Source of the DNA: Candidatus Hermodarchaeum yapensis
Lineage (GTDB): Archaea; Asgardarchaeota; Hermodarchaeia; Hermodarchaeales; Hermodarchaeaceae
Direction of reading: 5' to 3'
Length of the DNA stretch: 47,983 nucleotides
Assembly: GCA_016840405.1 (NCBI GenBank)
Contig: JAEOSK010000020.1
Location: 1-47,983 of the forward strand
In this document: positions 46,304-47,983 of the stretch, in pieces
How the letters are laid out: the number at the start of each line of letters is the position of its first letter
How positions within the stretch are numbered: the stretch's first letter is position 1
Made by a program: the position numbers and the translations under genes
Notes under the pieces: generated by a model
Databases searched by the model: none
What the model was told of the DNA's origin: nothing
Seen by the model: only the letters and a program-made list of their open reading frames with translations

Positions 46304-47677
46304 TCACTCAAAGGTCCATGGATAGAGTTGTTGCAGCTCCTGCGCAGCTTCATCTATCTTTTCTTTCGGATATTTGAATGGCTCTAATTTATTGTTGATA
46401 TAGTCGTCATAGGCTTGCATGTCAAAGTGTCCATGACCACATAACAGAAAGAGAAGAATTTTCTCCTCCCCTGACTTCCGACATTTCACGGCTTCGTCAA
46501 TCACAGCCATAATCGCATGCGCTGGTTCAGGCGCTGAGATAATTCCCTCCGTGCGGGCAAAGAGCATCGCTGCCTCAAAAGTTTCAATCTGATTATACGC
46601 CTTCGTTTTCACAACACCATTATCATTCAGAACACTAATCGTTGGTGCAATCCCGTGATATCGTAAACCACCTGCATGGATTGGTGGCGGGATGAACATG
46701 TGGCCTAACGTATGCATCTTGAGCAACGGTGTCATGCGAGCGGTATCACCGTGATCATAACAGTAGTTCCCTTTAGTGACGCTAGGACAAGCCGTTGATT
46801 CCACCGCCAGAAATTCTACATCCTTCGATGTTTTCCCTGAAACCGTGTCATGATAGAACGGCCACATCAGCCCGGAGAAGCTACTGCCTCCCCCGATACA
46901 ACCAATGATTGTATCCGGGTATTCTTCAATTGCAGCAAATTGTTGCTGGGCTTCTTGACCGATCACTGTTTGATGGAGTAGCACATGATTGACCACACTC
47001 CCAATGGAATACTTCGCTTCATCATGGGTCATGGCATCTTCCACTGCCTCACTGATTGCTATACCTAGACTCCCAGGACTCTGAGGATCCGCCTTGAGAA
47101 TGGCTTTCCCACTCTTGGTCTGCCTAGAAGGGCTGGGGTACACTTCTGCGCCCCATGTCTCCATCATCACCCGTCGATAGGGTTTTTGAAAGAAACTAGC
47201 TTTGACCATGTAAACCGTTGAGTCCATCTCGAACAACGAACATCCTAATGCAACTGACGAGCCCCACTGTCCAGCGCCTGTTTCTGTGGTAATCCGTTTT
47301 ACACCATCTTGTTGGGCGTAATATGCTTGCGCGACAGCTGTATTGGGTTTATGGCTCCCTGGAGGGCTAGTCCCCTCATACTTGAAGTAAATCTTCGCGG
47401 GAGTCTTCAACGCCTCCTCTAGACGTTTCGCTCGTAACAAAGGTGTTGGGCGCCACAACCGGTAGACATCGCGCACCGGCTCAGGGATGTCAATCCATCG
47501 AGTCTTACTTGTTTCCTGCCGCAAGCACTCAGTAGGAAATAGCACAGGAGGTAGTTCAACGGGTTCCCGAGTTCCGGGGTGCAACATCGGCGGCAACGGT
47601 GCAGGGAGATCGGGTACGACATTATACCATTGTTTCGGAATTTCTTCTTCCGGTAATGAGACTTTGATTTGTGTCAT
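46304..47677 (-). CDS. trpB2: TrpB2 (type 2 tryptophan synthase beta-like PLP enzyme)
   Basis: [21 protein letters not shown] (PLP Lys), [32 protein letters not shown]. Confidence 0.95.
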   Translation of the reverse strand: MTQIKVSLPEEEIPKQWYNVVPDLPAPLPPMLHPGTREPVELPPVLFPTECLRQETSKTRWIDIPEPVRDVYRLWRPTPLLRAKRLEEALKTPAKIYFKYEGTSPPGSHKPNTAVAQAYYAQQDGVKRITTETGAGQWGSSVALGCSLFEMDSTVYMVKASFFQKPYRRVMMETWGAEVYPSPSRQTKSGKAILKADPQSPGSLGIAISEAVEDAMTHDEAKYSIGSVVNHVLLHQTVIGQEAQQQFAAIEEYPDTIIGCIGGGSSFSGLMWPFYHDTVSGKTSKDVEFLAVESTACPSVTKGNYCYDHGDTARMTPLLKMHTLGHMFIPPPIHAGGLRYHGIAPTISVLNDNGVVKTKAYNQIETFEAAMLFARTEGIISAPEPAHAIMAVIDEAVKCRKSGEEKILLFLLCGHGHFDMQAYDDYINNKLEPFKYPKEKIDEAAQELQQLYPWTFE

Positions 47678-47724
47678 TGTATGTTCCACCGGATTTCTGT
47701 AAGCAGAGAGCAGTTATCGTGCAG

Positions 47725-47760
47725 AGTACATATTTATACTTTACCGTACAGACATGTACA
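47725..47760. promoter_or_regulatory. TRP-box operator and TATA box in divergent trpB2/trpY promoter
   Basis: AGTACA (47725), CGTACA (47745) and TGTACA (47755) flank TATTTATA (47731-47738). Confidence 0.7.
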
Positions 47761-47826
47761 ATTACGTAAGGCATAAACCGACAAAAATCCGCAACACTAC
47801 TCAACCGAAAATAAGGACTCGATTCC

Positions 47827-47983
47827 ATGTGGAACCAAATCCGGAACTATTTCAAGGACCTCCCCGCCCAACAAAAAGTCGCCAAACTCCTCTTCGAACG
47901 CGGCTTCCAAGTAAATGATGGCGGCAACATTGTTAGTGGCCATATTGAAATTCCTCATACTCAAATCGCCAAAGAGGTTGGAG
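47827..47983 (+). CDS. trpY: TrpY-like ACT-domain regulator (COG2150), truncated by window end
   Basis: MWNQIRNYFKDLPAQQKVAKLLFERGFQV...IEIPHTQIAKEVG; divergent from trpB2. Confidence 0.75.
   Translation, partial: MWNQIRNYFKDLPAQQKVAKLLFERGFQVNDGGNIVSGHIEIPHTQIAKEVG

Noticed and set aside
1-47983. CRISPR array, rRNA, tRNA, provirus
   Set aside because: No regularly spaced direct repeats, rRNA-like tracts, cloverleafs, integrase or virion genes were recognised by eye.

Overview
This is a gene-dense archaeal chromosomal window. It is very probably from an Asgard archaeon: it carries a Rab-like GTPase, a membrane RING protein, archaeal FEN1 with a PIP box, and TrpY/TrpB2, Lrp and TrmB-type regulators. 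All family assignments come from motif recognition by eye; no searches were run. Main blocks: (1) 127-7316, an ABC-2 permease, an ABC ATPase with two N-terminal TrmB-effector-like repeats, and a 1464-aa membrane-anchored subtilase-GIFT protein with the architecture of eukaryotic site-1 protease but Ala at the catalytic Ser position; (2) 7.4-13.5 kb, an accessory stretch with a ~220-bp non-coding IS200/IS605 mini-element that looks like an orphan TnpB omegaRNA, an attC-like site and a divergent PGK; (3) an M6 protease, Rab-like GTPase, FEN1 and a CoA-disulfide reductase/NADH oxidase; (4) 22.6-34.5 kb, a group 3b sulfhydrogenase operon followed by a group 4 membrane [NiFe]-hydrogenase operon that includes HdrB and a cluster-less HdrC C-terminal fragment; (5) a caspase-fold/hydrophobic-tail gene paired with a small membrane gene, a TrmB coiled-coil protein, housekeeping genes, two tandem paralogs built from a repeated possibly death-fold-like domain, gdhA, a RING protein, and divergent trpB2/trpY with TRP boxes. 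No rRNA, tRNA or CRISPR array was seen.
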